Shown piece after piece: positions 12,661-27,600 of a DNA stretch of 64,000 nt; the stretch's first letter is position 1, and each line of letters starts with the position of its first letter. The translations under genes and the position numbers were made by a program. The stretch covers positions 124,001 to 188,000 of the forward strand of contig PNXV01000239.1 of NCBI GenBank assembly GCA_013239625.1, read 5' to 3'. Below the pieces are notes generated by a model, which saw only the letters and a program-made list of their open reading frames with translations, did not search any database and was not told the DNA's origin. Source of the stretch: Lama guanicoe. Taxonomy: Eukaryota.

Positions 12661-15600
12661 AAATGGGACAGCTTTTTTCCTTTTCAGCTGGGTTTATATC
12701 CCAAGGTACGGCCAGGCGCAGGTGGGTGGTCACAGTAAACTTACTGGAACAACGATCACCGACCCTGAGCACTCCAGTGAACCCTGGGTGCTCAGAGTTT
12801 TGTGCTTTCCAAAGTGCATTCACATCCATTTCCTAATTGAGTTCCCACAACAAAGGCAGGGATGATGGACCCATATTACGGATCAAGAAACTTCTAAAGA
12901 GATGAAGTGACTGGTCCGAGGTCATGCAACTAAAAAATGGTGTATCCCATAGTTTTTCTACTTCTCAGTACCTTATCAGAACTTTTACTTTTGGGCGTGG
13001 CTAACAATGCAGTTACTCTAACTTTCTTACTTGGGGCTAAAACTACAGCCGAGTTGGGAGGTTTGCAATCTTCTCTCAAGGCCCGGATTCTGAATCACTT
13101 TCCTTGATGTTGTGGCCAAGGGGAGTGAATGCTGAGAAAACTTTGGCAGAGATTGGGAGATAAACACTTAGGTTTCACCGATCAACCCACATTGTTCATC
13201 AAGGCATGCCGAAACCTGTTTTCTCACCAGTAGGTTTTGTTTTATCGTCATATTTACCTGAGAAAACCTGAAACAATGTGAAGGCCATGTGCTTTGAAGT
13301 CAGACATGCTTGGGATCAAATTCTACATCAGCTACTTACTAGCTGTGTGGCTCTGAGCAAGTTAACCTCTTTGTACCTAAACAGTTTGTGAGATTTAAAA
13401 CAAGGTGTGTAAGCACCTAGCACATCACAGGCACCTACAAGTTGTTAAATTAATCTCAGCACCTCGAGTACAGCCTGTCACATAGTGGCTCAATAAATAT
13501 TTGTTGAATGAAGACACATAGCAATGGAAGCAAGGTCAGAAAGTTCATGTCATGTCAAGAGGGAGGGCCCCAGAACTTAACTGGAAAGACAGATGTGGGC
13601 TAAGAGTTCTAGGATTCACGTTCATCAGAGACGAGTGTGCCAGGAGACTGTCTTCCAGTCCAGTCTACACCTACCCTCGCACCACCCCACCCCGTCTTCC
13701 CACATCTCCACCCTCACCTCCAGCCAACTGGGCATCTGTTGAGCCCACAACTTTAGTTCCCCTGTATGTGACCAGGCTGGGGGAATCTGCAAAAAATAAT
13801 GCAAATCAGGAATTCCACGCCTAGGAAGGCAGGCGTTTTAGGGGTAATGTGGCTTATGGGTCATGTCTTTCCTCCCACACATTGAATGCTGTCTACATGG
13901 TCTCCAACATATGCCGTTTACTATTCCATTGACCCCTGTGTGTGTCTAGCACTGTTAGGCACTGGGATGTGGAGCCAAATCAGACCAGCTCCCTGGTGTT
14001 CAAACAGCTTAAGTCCTGGTGAGAGAGACCAACAGGGAGACTGGCATGCAAGTAAACTGTTTTATAGAGACACTATGATAAGTTGGTACCAGAAAGACAT
14101 CGTGACAGGAGGGGTCTCTTCCACTGAGTAGGTGGGGCTATCCAGAAAGGAGGAGGAAACGGGCGATGACACGTTGAGACTTGAAAAAGGAAATCAGTTT
14201 TCTACAAGCAGACAAGAGAAAGAAGGATATTCCAGGCCAAGAGACCCCCATGAGCAAAAACAGGAAAACAGCCTGGAATGTCCAGGCAAATCCCAGAAGC
14301 CTGGGATATAGAGGGGCCCAGAAGTCAGAGTGGGAGAGCAGAAGCCTGAGGGCAGGCCATTCATGAGGTTGGCCAGAGAGCTTGGATTTTGTCTTACTGG
14401 CTGTGGGAAATTGTCAGAGCTTTAAGCAAGGAAGCACTGCGAGATTAGAATGTTGAGAAAGTTGTCTGGCTATTGGGTAGAGAACAAATTAGGAGAAGAT
14501 AAGGCTGTGGCCCAGCTGTGGTCCATCAGGAGGTGGTCAGGAGAGAATGATGGCCGAGCTAGAGCTGTGGCAGTGGGAAGGGAGACAAATAAGGGTGGCT
14601 CGGGATGTGCGGGAGGAGTCAGAGCTGCCTTGTGCAACTGGCTGACTGCATGGTCAGGCCAGTCACTGATATGAGGGAACCCAGGATGAGGAGTCCATAG
14701 GACATGCAGGCTTCTGTTGCCCCCTGTAGACTCTTAAGTTCCAAGAGGATAGGGGCCATGTGTGTTGGCTTACCACAGTGTCTCCCGTGCCTGCCACAGT
14801 CCCTGACATGTATAGTCGATGCTCAATATACACCTGTCCAATTAATCAATAAAATAGGGTGTTTGGGTATGGACTGGGGCTTGTCACACAAGGTCATGGT
14901 GAAACCCTGGGCAGGGCTGAGATCTCTTGCAAAAAGTATATAGAAAGAGAAGAATGGTGGGCATGGTTTTATGTGACTCGATACCTCCACAACAGGCTGA
15001 AGGCCTCTTTCATGAGCTCGTGCACACCTCACCTGTGGTCATCATGAGAGAGAGGCTTGCCCTGGTCACCCGTAGCTTCTGCTGTTCTCATTGTTCTGAT
15101 TGAGGGCAGCTCTGTGAGGCTCCCAATCCACCTGCAGTGAGCTGCCCAGCCTCTGTGGCCCAGCTGATCCCATGCCTTCTCTGTGTGAGCCACAATCTCC
15201 TGGCCGTAAATTAATGAATCTCTGGCCTAGAGGTGGGAGACCCAGGTTCTGGGACCAGCTCTACCACCACCTGCGTAGAAGACTCCAGAGCCTTAGTTTC
15301 TCCATCTGTGGAAGGGACCTGATCACTCCTGCCCTGCCTCCCCAGTGGAGGACCCGGCAATGTAATGGATGTGAGAGTCGGCATTTGGACCATCTAGTGC
15401 TGGGAGACTAATGGGCGATGTCAGCCATACCCCATGTGGGCTGCCTGGAGGGTGCAATGTAGTTGTTGTAGTGTGTGGATGGCTTTTCAGGTCCCAATCA
15501 TATCCATGATTTCAGTGCCTCCCTCTAACAGGAGGGATTCTCCCCATTTCACAAGGTCAGCTAGGACGTTGAGATGCCACACGGGAACACAGTGATGCTA

Positions 15601-18600
15601 CCAGAGCCCCATCCGGGTCAGAATTTCAAAGCCCTCTCCCTCTCTCTTAGCATCTCCAAGTTCCTTTATCCAGTGAGCACATTTTGAGCACCTGCTGTGT
15701 GTCAGGAACTGTGCTGGACACTTTACTTTCCTTACCTCATTTCACCCTCATAACCACCTTAGGAAATGAGGGTTATCATCACCATAGTACAGATGACAAA
15801 ACTGAGGCCCAGGAAGACTAAGGAACCTCTGAGTGGGGAGATCAGAGCCTGAGTTATGTTCTGTGGCAAAGAAGCAGGTGGTGTTTCAGAGGTGGGCACC
15901 CATCCGCAGTGACAGTTTCTTTTCCCCTGGGAAGGAGAGAGTTGCCAAGCCTCCCATGACCTCCCTGCGTCCCACACCCAGTGCCACCGTGCAGGCACAG
16001 GGCCTTGCCAACTAACCCTTGTGCTTCTCAGGCCGCCACCAAGCAAGCGATGCTGTACTGGCTGCAGCAGCTGCAGATGAAGCGCTGGGAGTTCCACAAC
16101 AGCCCACCTGCACCTCCCGCCACCCCTGACGCTGCCCTGGCTGGGAATGGGCCCGCCCTGCGCCTCGAGCTAGGTACCCAATGGGCTTGCCTCTTGCTTG
16201 CACACCCAGGACTCTTGGTGACCAAGCCTTTACTCTCCTGTTGGGAGTGAGTGGGAGGAACCATCTGCTAAAGAAGCAGAGCCAGGGATGTGACTCAGGA
16301 TCAGTTAGGGCAACAGTACAGCATCAAGGGCAAGAATATGGGCTCTGAGGCCAGGCTGCCTAGATTCAATTCCAAATCCTGTGTGGCCTTGGGCAAGTTG
16401 CTTAACCCTTCTGAGCTTTGGTTTCCTTTCCTGTAAAGTATGCCTGCTTCCTAGGGTTATTATGAGGATTAAATTAATCCATACACCTTACATGGTTGGA
16501 ACAATGCTGGCCTGTTGTCAGAGCTCAGTAAATGTCAGCTACTATTATGATGATGACAGCTGTGGGAAGAGCTCAAGAAATGAAACTCACAGAGCTGCTA
16601 CGAGAAAGGTTAATGAGAAAATACAGTTATTGTTGTCGCTTCTTACGTAAATGCTTTTGTGCTGTGGGTTGGGTAAAACAATGATTTTATCATCAATGGC
16701 CCCATAAGGCAGAATCTTTACCCCCATGTGGCCCACAAGTGAAGTTTCTTGATCCCAAATCCTAAAACATCTCAGCATGGGGGAGTCTAGGAGCTCATAC
16801 CCTCCTGCCCATGCTGCAGCCAGGGTTATGATTGGCAGGTTTTAGAATTGGGACAGACAACCCAGAGAGCTGCCCCTGTGACAGTGTGGAGAGTGAGGTC
16901 GCAGCACAGAGCTGCAGTGTGTCTAACACACCGCAGCCTCAGTTGACAGGGAAACAGTGGGCGAGAGCAGGACCTGTGGCTGGGCACCGCCTAGACCCCA
17001 GTACCTGGATGCTTTGCAGACTGAGCTCATCTGCCCTTAGCCTTCTCCTCCCCACTTTTCCTTCCCTCAGTAAATGGCCTTCATTTACCCAGTTGCCCCA
17101 GCAACTGGGAGCCCTCTTGCTCCTTCCTAGATCACTGATAGTCAGTCCATTCAGTCCCCTGGGCTGGCGATGTCTGCCCTCTGGCCTGCACGTCAGACCC
17201 AGGCCCTTCTCACCTCTGTTGCCTTGGGTCAGGCCTCAACTGTTAGCTGGAAACCACAGCAGCCTCCTCTCTGATGTCCCCGTGTCCCAACCTGCCACCT
17301 CAGACCCACCCCCTTCACTACAGCCAAAGTGTGCTTCCTCAAATGAAAACCTGAGCTCCCCACCCCACCCCAGCTTCCATAGCCACCCACCATGTCCCAG
17401 GCCCAGTCCCAGCTTTTTAGCACCAAACTCAGGCCTCGTCCTTCCTCGTCTCCCCTCTGCCCGCTCCCCCGGAGCCCACTTGCAGCAGCACCAGAGGCAT
17501 GTCTGCTCGCTCCTCTCTGCCTGGTGAGCTCCTGCTTAGTCTCTGTGGCCGAGCTCCACTGTCACCTCCTCCTCTGCCACCGCCTCTCGGAAGCCTTCCC
17601 GGACTGTGCCCCCTGGACTTGTATGAGCCCTCAGCACTTTTTGCGGATGGTTCCAACAAGGCCTGTCACGTTTTGTTGTAATTAGAGCATCCTTGTCAGT
17701 CTCTGCCCTCTGGCCCTGAAGGATGAGGGCTGTGTCTTTGTCACATATGTCTCCCCTACCTGCTGCCCTGCCAGGCACAGTCGATATTTGCTGAGTGAAT
17801 GTGTGAGTGAATACATCGAATTTTATCGTTAAATGAGGAAAGGAATGAAAAGCCCTCAGTGTAATGGCAGGCACAGTGTGAGAGCTCAGTACGTGGGAGC
17901 TGCCCTGTAAAACTGTCGCTGTGTGTGTACCTGCACGCTGTCACTGTCAAGTGCCTCTTTTTAGGGTCTATAATAATCATCCATAATTGTTTCAGAGAAC
18001 TTGCTGGGGCTTTTATGCTTGTAAGGACTTTCTTTGAGGAAGGGTTTGTTTGCTTTTGCTTCTGCACTTCTGCTCACCCTCCACTCCCATCTGCCGGAGA
18101 CTCAGCACCCCAGCTGTGCGGGAAACTGCAAACTGAGTTGACATGGTTGCCGAATCAGCCTCAGACTAGAAGCAACAAAAAGCCCTCCTCCTGACAATTC
18201 CCGAGCGTCCAGAATTGAAATCAGTAGAACTGGGTAATCAGAAGAATGGCTTCGGTTCAGCACACTCAGTGGGCCTCTTCTGGGCCAGCCTGTGCTGTGA
18301 CATCAGGGGAGGGGAGCGATTGCCATAACGAGCAGGCTCCAGTCTCCTGACAGGGGCGCTCGGGGAGGAGATGCAGGAAGCAGGGATGTGGGCTTCTCCT
18401 GAAACCTCTCTTGTCCCACAGTCTGCCTTCACCCTCCTGGACCCAGGGCCCCTGTATAACCTTCCCTAGTCTATCCAGAAAGAAATTTCTAGAGTCTTGA
18501 GCAAACTGGCAGACCCAAGATTAGACTGGAGGCTGCCCCACCTCTCCAGTCTCCACCCTTCCTGGGAGGAAGCAGGGGCCTGCTCCCAGGGCAGCGAAAA

Positions 18601-21600
18601 CCAACAGACTCTCATCTGACCTTGAGTCACAGACACATCAGCTTGTAAAAGTGTCTTACCACAGTCCTTGAGCAATCTGCAAGGCATGTTCTCTATAGCT
18701 TTTACACCTTTATTTTATACTTTACCTAAACACTGGTCTCCACAAGAGCCAAAAAGGATGGAGGGGAAGTCAACAAATTTATAAGAATGTTAACATGCTG
18801 CCTAAGTAGGGCACAGTTTACAAAGGACTTTTTTAAATGTATGTCATAAAAATATGCATACCACTTACTGACTCTGTTCTCACAGTTTATATGCATTGTT
18901 TTCTCAGCCTCACAGCAATCTCAAGTAGGTAGTGTTATTCCTATTTTTCAGAAGAGGCTCAGAGAGGTTAAGAGACCTGTCCAGGGTCACACAGGAAGAA
19001 AATGGCAGCACTGAAATTTGAACCCTAGTCTGCAGACTCATTCCACCACCACCACCCCACTCCCCTTCAGCTTTGGAGGCAACTGGTCATGTGTCCAGGG
19101 CCCTTTGGGGAAGCAGTGGCCCACAGGTCCAGGCACTTTTTGTTGGGTGATGATTTCTTCCTACTGGTAATGGGGCAACCTCTACAGCTCAGGCAAAAGA
19201 ATTATAGGTTAATGCCGCTGAAAATTCTTCATGTGATCACCTCACTGAGAGTGTTTCTCTAGCCTGGAGAGGGGCCCAGAGGCCCTAGGCTAGAGCCTTG
19301 GGTCATCAATTCTGTTTCCTACAGTGGCATCTGTCTGGAACCGAACCCACAATATCTCTGAGGTGTGCCTGTATTTTATGTTTTTACACCCACACCTTTT
19401 TTCAGATGTAGTGCAAAAATAAATACGCTCTACCCCTACATTTTCACCCTCTCAGTAAGAGGGCTCCAAATGAGAGGTGTTATCTACTGCCCTGTTGTTC
19501 TCAGGGGCCACTTGGTCAAGATGGTACCATCCCATAAGTGGCCTGAGTTCTCTCTCACTTTTTGTAATACTCAAAATTGACTTCTAAATATTTCAACTCC
19601 CTCTCTTATACCTCTAATAATGTGTCCTTTGCTTCAAAACCTCCCTTAACATTAAACATTTTGAAGCACTTGCTGTATGGGAATCATTGTTTAAACACTT
19701 GGAAAATATAGAAAACTGGAAGAAAAAAGTAGTCATAATCCTATCACCCAGAGACAGCCGGTATTAACATTATGTCATGAGCTCCTATCTGCCTTTTACT
19801 TAGACATATTTTGGATCATATAATAATATAAAACATCCTACTTTGCTTTTTGGTACTCAGTAGAGTGATCTGAAATTTTCCCTGTTGTAAAATCTTTTTA
19901 TAAACAGCTACTTTTGGTAAAGATATATTATTTTTCTGTTTTTAAAAGTAATTCATGTTTACTGTAGAATATGTAGGGAGGAAAACCATAAATTATAATG
20001 AGCATATCCTGCCTATTTCTAATCCCATGATGTAGTTTTGACCACTGTTAAGATTGCAGAGTGTATTTCTTTGAGTTTTTTGTCTGTACAGTTGAGACAT
20101 ACAACAAACCCAATTTGTTATATGGTTTTTTCCATATTATATCTCATCCCCATACTTAAGCATTCTTCATTAGCATTGTTTTAATGGTTGAGTAATATTC
20201 CATTGTGTGAAAAGCATCATGATATATTTAACCTTTCCCTAGATCTTTACGCTAGTTCCAGTTTGAGGCTAAATAGTACCAGGATGAACCTCTTGGCCCA
20301 TAAAGCTTTGTCTGCATTTCAGGCAACTTCTTTAGGATGGATTCTCAGATGTAGAAATATCTGCAATTCTGCAAACTTTTAAGGGGGTTTCCAGGAAGGC
20401 TGTCTCAGCAAAATGCATCATTTTACTGGTTGCAGCACATTTGGAGAAAAGCCTGCCTCTTTGGTGTTAACCTGGAAGGAAGGCTTGCCCGTACAGCTCA
20501 CAGACTCCTGCCTGCTCCCAGGCAGACCTGAGCCTGTAGCACCCACCTGTCTAGTCTTTGCAAGTGCAGTGACCCAGTGGGTGACTTCCCTTTCCTTTGT
20601 TCCCCAGAGCAAGAGGAGGCGGAGCTGGAGGAGTTCCTGTGTCCTGTGAAAACGCCCCCTGGACTTGTGGGCCTAGCAGCTGCCTCCCAGCCAGTCCCTG
20701 CCATGCCCTTGGCTCTTCAGAATATTTCCCTCAAGCACCTGGGAACTGAGATACAGTGAGTGCCCGTGGAGCTGAGGGGCTGGCCAAGCTGCAAGCAGTC
20801 CCTTCTTTGGCGCTTACAGTGATCAGGCGTGATTCCCTTACAGGGAGTTGGGCCTGGGTAGAGGGTTAGGAGCTTTATTTTCAATTCATCACATCATGAC
20901 TTTAAAATATTACATTTGTTGTTCTGATTTTTGAAGTAGTGCATGTTCTTTGTAGGAGATTAGGAACACCTAGAAAGGTATGCATTTACAGTTACCATAG
21001 TCCTGTCACCTGGACAGGCATTCTCAGCATGTGCTATATCTCTTTCCCCGAATTTTCTATATTCATATGTGCATAATTGAGATCATATCAACATAATGGG
21101 ATGATGACTTCACTAAATGTCTACATATGTCAAACATCAAATTATTCACTTTTAACATGTGTAATTTATTGTATACTGATCACATCTCAGTTTCTTTTTC
21201 ATTTAATACTGTATGGTATATACGATTTCCCACTGGCAGGCTTTGTTTTAAATACTTTATAAAAAGTTAGCAGTGCCTGGATTTGTATCCTGGCCCCACC
21301 ATTTATGGGCAGTGCTGCCCTTAGCAAGTTGTTTGATTTCTCTGTGCTTCACTTAAATTGTCAGTAAATGTAAGCACAACAGTGCTAGCCTTACAAGATG
21401 TGTGTGTGTGTGTGTGTGTGGTAAATGGGTTAATGCATGTAAACTGCTTTATAGCTGCTTGGGGATCAGTAAGCACTGAAATATTGTCTGTTGCTATTAC
21501 TGTTGCTCTAATTGAAGGAATGGAAGCTTTTGGAATTCAGGCTATTCTCAATCCTGATCCTGTTTGGGTGCTCACTTTCTGTATAGACTTCAGACAAACT

Positions 21601-24600
21601 GGGACCCCTTAGAAGGCAGAATAGATTGTTAACTGGACTTGGATTAGAGACCCCTGGCTCTGTGTGAACCAGGCATAGCGTTTCCCTCTGTTGGCTTCAG
21701 CATTTGAATTTGCTTGGGTAACTAGCAGAGTAGTGATGCTCTTCCCAGGAGAGAAGCAGGTTTCAGGGAAAATATGATGAGTGTCCTTTAGGGCCTACTG
21801 GCTGGAGGTGGAACTACCCCACAGTGGGTGGAACAGCCTGGAACACAGGAGAGAGAGCTGAGCTGGACAGAGAGACTTGGGGGGTATGGGGTGTGGTTGA
21901 GCCCCCAGTGTGAACAGACAAGGTGGATGCCCTGTAGGGGATGTTCCCTCAGGCAGAGCTGGAGGGACCTCGGTGCATGGGGAGCCTGCTGTGGCAGAAG
22001 GGACCTGAGAAGTCCAGCCACCCAGCTGGTGTGTGTCTAGGATGGTCTCCCTAAGACTAAGCCAGGTTTCTGCATAATGACCACCACAAACAGCAGAAGT
22101 GGAACAGAGAACATGCAGAGATCAAGAAGGAAGGAAGTTCCTGAGGATCAGTCAGTTACTTGTAATAACCCACGGAAATGCGAGGCAGTGTTGCAAGTGC
22201 CCTGGCTGCTGACAGCCCCCATAAGACCAGGGTTGCCCTTGTCTCCTGCACCCGCTGGACAAGGGGAAGTGTGGGCAGCAGTGACGCTCACCCCACCCAG
22301 CCAGTGCCTCTGGCTATAGTGATGTGCCCCTGAGTTCTCACCAACTCATGTGGCTTATGGTGTGTGAAGGTCATGTGATGGGCTCAGCATGGTGCCCCTC
22401 ATGGTCATCATTCATACTAATATGGCCACCACTCTTTAATTTTTAAATGGGTAAAGTAAGAACTAGGAAAAATAAATGACTAGCCCAAGGAGTCAGGGCT
22501 CTTTATTGAAGGTCAGGTGTTGGGAGTCCTGACATCTGATTTCTTCTGTGTTCTTAATTTAATTGATTAATTTTACCTTCCATCAGTCAGCTGTACTTTC
22601 CATTAAAGTATAGTTTCATTTTTTTTCCTATTCTGGACCCAGCTATACCAAAAAACTGGATTTTGCTTTAAAAGTAAGTTTAAGATCGAATGATAGTTCC
22701 TTGAAATGATGAACGAAATTGATAAACTTTTACCTTGAAAGACCAGAAAAAACAGATTCAAATGACTAAAGGCAGGAACAAAAGAAGGGACATTACTACC
22801 AACCTTATAGAAATAAAAAGGTTTATAAGGGAATACCATGAACACACACAAACAAAAACCTAGGACCAGATAAATTCACTGGTGAGTTCAACCAAACATT
22901 TACAGAAGAGTTAATACCAATTCTTTACAAACTCCAGCCCTCCCCCTGCAAAAAGAGCAGGGAACACTTCCCAACTTATTCAATTAGGCCAATATTGTTC
23001 TGAAACCAAAACCACATAAAGAGAATGTTTTGAACACCCAGAGCCTTCACCTATACTGCTTGTATCAATTTTGCCAGCAGGCTTTTTTTTTTTTAATTCA
23101 CCTTTTCACAAAGGACATGGACCTTCAGGAATCCCAGCTTTATGTAAGAATTTCAGTTTTAACTCCATATTTTGTATGGGTCCAAAACCTTGTTTTCTTT
23201 CCTCCTTTGCAACCAAGGCTCTAGGTTTCTGGTATCAACAGTCTATTTCTGATCACAGGAAAAAAAAAAAGTAACTATGTGTGGTAAGGAATGTTAACTA
23301 GACTTACTGTGGTGATCCTTTTGCAATACATTCATGCATTTAATCAGTATGTTGTACACTGGAAACTAATATCACGTTATACTCAATTACATTTCAATTA
23401 AAAAAAAAACCAATTGATCCTTGGACAAACTCACATCCTAGCCAACTTTCACAATAATAATTCTGCAAACAAACACTTCAGAATTCAGTGTCATATAATA
23501 ATACACATTTATTTCCAGCACATCTGGGTGTAACCGATACAAGCTGGATTCCCCTGGTCCTGGCTCCAAGCCATTGGGAAAATCTAGGTCTACACATATT
23601 TCTCACTTTCCATGGACCAGCCGCTGAGGCATGTTCTTCAAGAGGGCAAGCCCTACATGCAAGCGCATTTTAAACCTGTGTTTAACATCATACCTACCAA
23701 CAACCTTTCAGCCAAAGCCAGTCACATGGCCATGCCCGAAGTCAAGAGGAGGAGGGGGAAGTAGTCTCCTGTGGAGGTGGAGGGGAAGGAGTGAGTATTT
23801 GCCCAGCGGTAATTTAGTCCCCACATTCATCTTCCTCTTTACTTCCCACTTGAATTTCACCTCGTTTTTTGTGTTTGGTCCCTTCCTTTTTCTGGGAATT
23901 CAGCTAAATATTTTAAAAATATGTTTTGCATTTATCTATCATCTAGGTGTTTGTGGAGCAAGGGTTTTTTAGAGTAGTTTGCCCACCATATTGCTAGATG
24001 TTTGCATGGACCGTAGGGACCATGGAGCAAAGCCAGGGCTCCATCACGGTCTACAGACCTTGGCATCCTCTTGTTGTTTGACCATGCTATTGCTGCCCTT
24101 TAAGTAAGTGACCTCCTCATGCAGTCTTTTTCAAACTTTTGACCATGACTACAGTAAGAAAAACATTTTATTTTATAGCTCAGTCCACATATATATAATT
24201 CACAAAATTTTAACCCTTCCTGAGTGGGGTGCATTCTGGTATGTTCTGTTCCAATTTTTAAAAACCAGTCATGACGTGAAACTGATTTTCAGTCTACCAG
24301 TGGGTCACAACCTGCTGTTTGAAAAACTCTGACTTCCTGATCTTTTTTGTCATTTTTTTCTTTCTTGTTATTAATGTAAGAATATGTCTACTTTTATCCT
24401 TTTACTAAGGGTGTATAAACTCAGTCAGACTGCCTTTTCATCTGACTCATTATGAATCTCTCCATGGTCTGCGGTGCCAGGCCAGCCTTTAGTGCTACCT
24501 GGCTCCTTCCTGCAAACATCTGTTGAGCCTGCACTCCGTACCAGCAGGCATGCTGATAGGTGGGTGCCCAGCTCTTGAAGAGAAGATGCCATTTCTCAGC

Positions 24601-27600
24601 CTAGACAAGTACTTGGTCAAAGGGTGGCCCATTCCTGAAGTGTGGTAAGCTCCTTGGAGCCTGTTGAGGTGATCAGTGGAGGCTACAGAGAGAACAGATT
24701 TGAGCAGGGAAAGAAAGCAAGGGGAGATGGAGGCCAGGAGAGGTTTGGAACTTTTCTCAGCAGAAATAGGGAGCCACTGATGGATTTTGAGCCGGGTAGT
24801 TATAAGACTGGATGAAGGTTTCAGGAAGTTAGTTTGGCAAGTCCATCCAACATTCATTCAACAGGTATGTAGTAAGTGCCCTCTATGCTTCAGGCACTGT
24901 TCTAGGCATTCAGAGGTTTTCAGTGAACAAAACAGACAAACATCCCTGCTCTCATGGAGCTTATGCTCCAGCAGTGGGGCTGGAGGCAGAGGAGTCAAGC
25001 GTATATTGTTTACAAGGAATACTGTGTATGGAAGGTGATATGTACAATGAGAAAATGAAAAGGAGAGGGTGAGGGTGACAGGAGTGGCTCAGGTGGGATG
25101 CATCGGACTGATGGGGCCGTGACTAGGGATGAGGATGCGGCCCAAGCGCCAGCAGCGCCAGTGGGGAGGGCAGTGGGCAGGATAGCAGGGCTGTCAGCCT
25201 CGGGATCCTCCATTTTCCTTTCAGAAACACGATGCATAACATCCGGAGCAACAAGCAGACCCAAGGAACAGGCCACGCTCCCCCAGGAGAAGATTCCCCA
25301 CTGAGCGAGGAGCCCCAGAGGGAGGAGCAGCCCTCATCCCCTGACCCCGGCACCCCAGGTGAGCCTCTGCCCAGGTCAGAGCTGCCTTCAGAGACTGAGT
25401 GTGTGCCCTCTCTCCTCCCCGAAAACCAGCATTCATGCTTGTGTGTGTCAAAGGTGGAACTCTCCAGGTCACTCTTCCTCTCCTCCTGGGCTTCCACGGG
25501 TCTAGTAGCAATGATTCTTTTTTGGGGGGTGATAGCAATACGTAACTTAAAACTTACCACTTTAACCAATATTAGGTGTGTAGTTCAGTGGCATTAAGTA
25601 CATCCGCAATTGTGTGCAACCATCACCACCAACCATTTTCAGAAGTCTTTTCATCCTCCCAAACTGAAACACCAAGCAGTGATTCTGGAAGTAATAAGGA
25701 AAATCTCTCTCACTTTTACTTTCTTACTTTTTTTTGTTAATTTACAAGGAAAGGATATAAAAATGCTTTTCTGGGATAATTAAAATCAGATCTGACTGAA
25801 GAGGCAGAACAGACAACCTCAAGGTGTTCATCCCAGTTATGATGTGGCATTTTATTATTTCTTTCACGAAATGTGGGTGACCCACAACATCAGGGGGTTT
25901 GACGTCTCTGAAATTGGCATTGATGCCCTTAGAACATATTTTAACTTAGAAACAGCTGGGAGAAAACGGGCTAAGGTAGCACTGAGGGGTCTTAGGGCAG
26001 AGAGGCCCCCGGTGCTGGGTAGAGGTGACTCTAGAAAAAGCACCCCTTTGGAGCAGTGCCTGGAGAGTCCCCACAGATCACAATGAACAGTCCAAGAGAA
26101 AGTCAGTACTATATCAAATCAATAAAAATAATACAACTAGCACTTATATATAGTGGCACTTTTTGCTAGAGCAACTCTAAGCTTTTTTTTTTTTTTGGTA
26201 ACAGTTTCATTAAGATGTAATTCACATACCATGCAGTTCACTCCTTTGAAGCATACAGTTCAGCAGCTTTCAGTATATTCTGTACAATCATCCCTGTAAT
26301 CAATTTTCAAACATTTTTATTACCCCCAAAAGAAACCCTGTACCTCTCAGCCCTCAATCCCAATCTCCACCCCCTTCTAACTACAGGCAACCACTAAATC
26401 TACCTGCTGCCTCTATAGATTTGCCTGTTGTGGACATTTCATGTAAATGAAATCTACAGTATGTGGTCCTCTGTGATTGGTGCCTCTCACTCAGCACAAC
26501 CTTTTCAAGTTTTGTCCATGTACACTAAGTGCTTTACCTGCATTAACCTGTTTAATCCTTACAACCTGAACAGTACATACTGCTGTTCTCGTCATTTAAT
26601 AAATGAGGGAACTGGGGACAGACGTATGGGGTGACTCGCTCACGGCTGCACAGTGAGTAACAGAATACAATTCAGGCCAAGCAGTCCAGTCCCATACTGC
26701 TAACCTGAAGCCTCGTTTTCTAAGTCAGTGACTTTTCAAACTACATCTTTATTGCCATGAAACTTTGTGCCCATAAACAAAATCTGAAACACAAAGCAGA
26801 TAAAAGCCGAGTGGAGGCAGGAGTGGGAATCTGGGCTCCCCCTCAGCTCCTCCGGGCCCACCCTCTTCCCTGCCCAGTCAGCGCTTGAGGTGCTCCCACG
26901 AAATCCCAGGGCACTGATTGGAAGCCACTGTCGTAGGCCTCGTTTTCCCCAACTGCAAGCTGAGCAGGGTGATCTTACGCTGCCTGTCCTCAGGGCTGGT
27001 GGATGGTAGTGTTATTATTAGAGGGCAGCAGGGCTCCAGGGAGCCTCCCATCCCTCTTAGACCCTGTGGCAGGAAAGAGAAAGCAGCATCGCATTCCTCT
27101 GAGCTCTGCAAGCTGCTTTGTACCCGCTCAACCGGATTTCTTTTAAGTTTGGAACAAGACTTGATTTTGTGCTCAACAAGGCCAAGGAGTTTCTGGTTTT
27201 TGTCACCTACGAGAGTAGTTCTTTATCTGTTCAGGACTATTTGGTTGGTCCTTGGCCTCGTCCTCAGAAGAAAGTTGCTAAGTGATTCAGCTCGTCCTGC
27301 AAGCCCTGCCTGTCCCCTCCCCTAGAATCTCATACCACATCCTTATTCTTAACATCTTAGTCCCAAAATGATTGGGTATAACTTACTAAAATGTATATCA
27401 GGGGGAACGTAAATGAGTATTTTGGGTTAGGAAATTTAGATAAGATCAAGAAAAAAATCCTACAGTGTACCAAAGGTGGGCAGCAGATGTGGCTCTGAGC
27501 TTCTCAGCAGCCAAGGCAAAGAGGGAAATGCATGTGTTTAGATTATTTCCAGCTCCATGAGATTAAACCTGTATTTTCTTGGAAGAGGCAAAGCTTTTTC

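Noticed and set aside
16832..17527. 231-aa ORF in intron 2
   Set aside because: Overlaps a pyrimidine-rich L2 remnant; S/P/L-rich with a non-ATG start.
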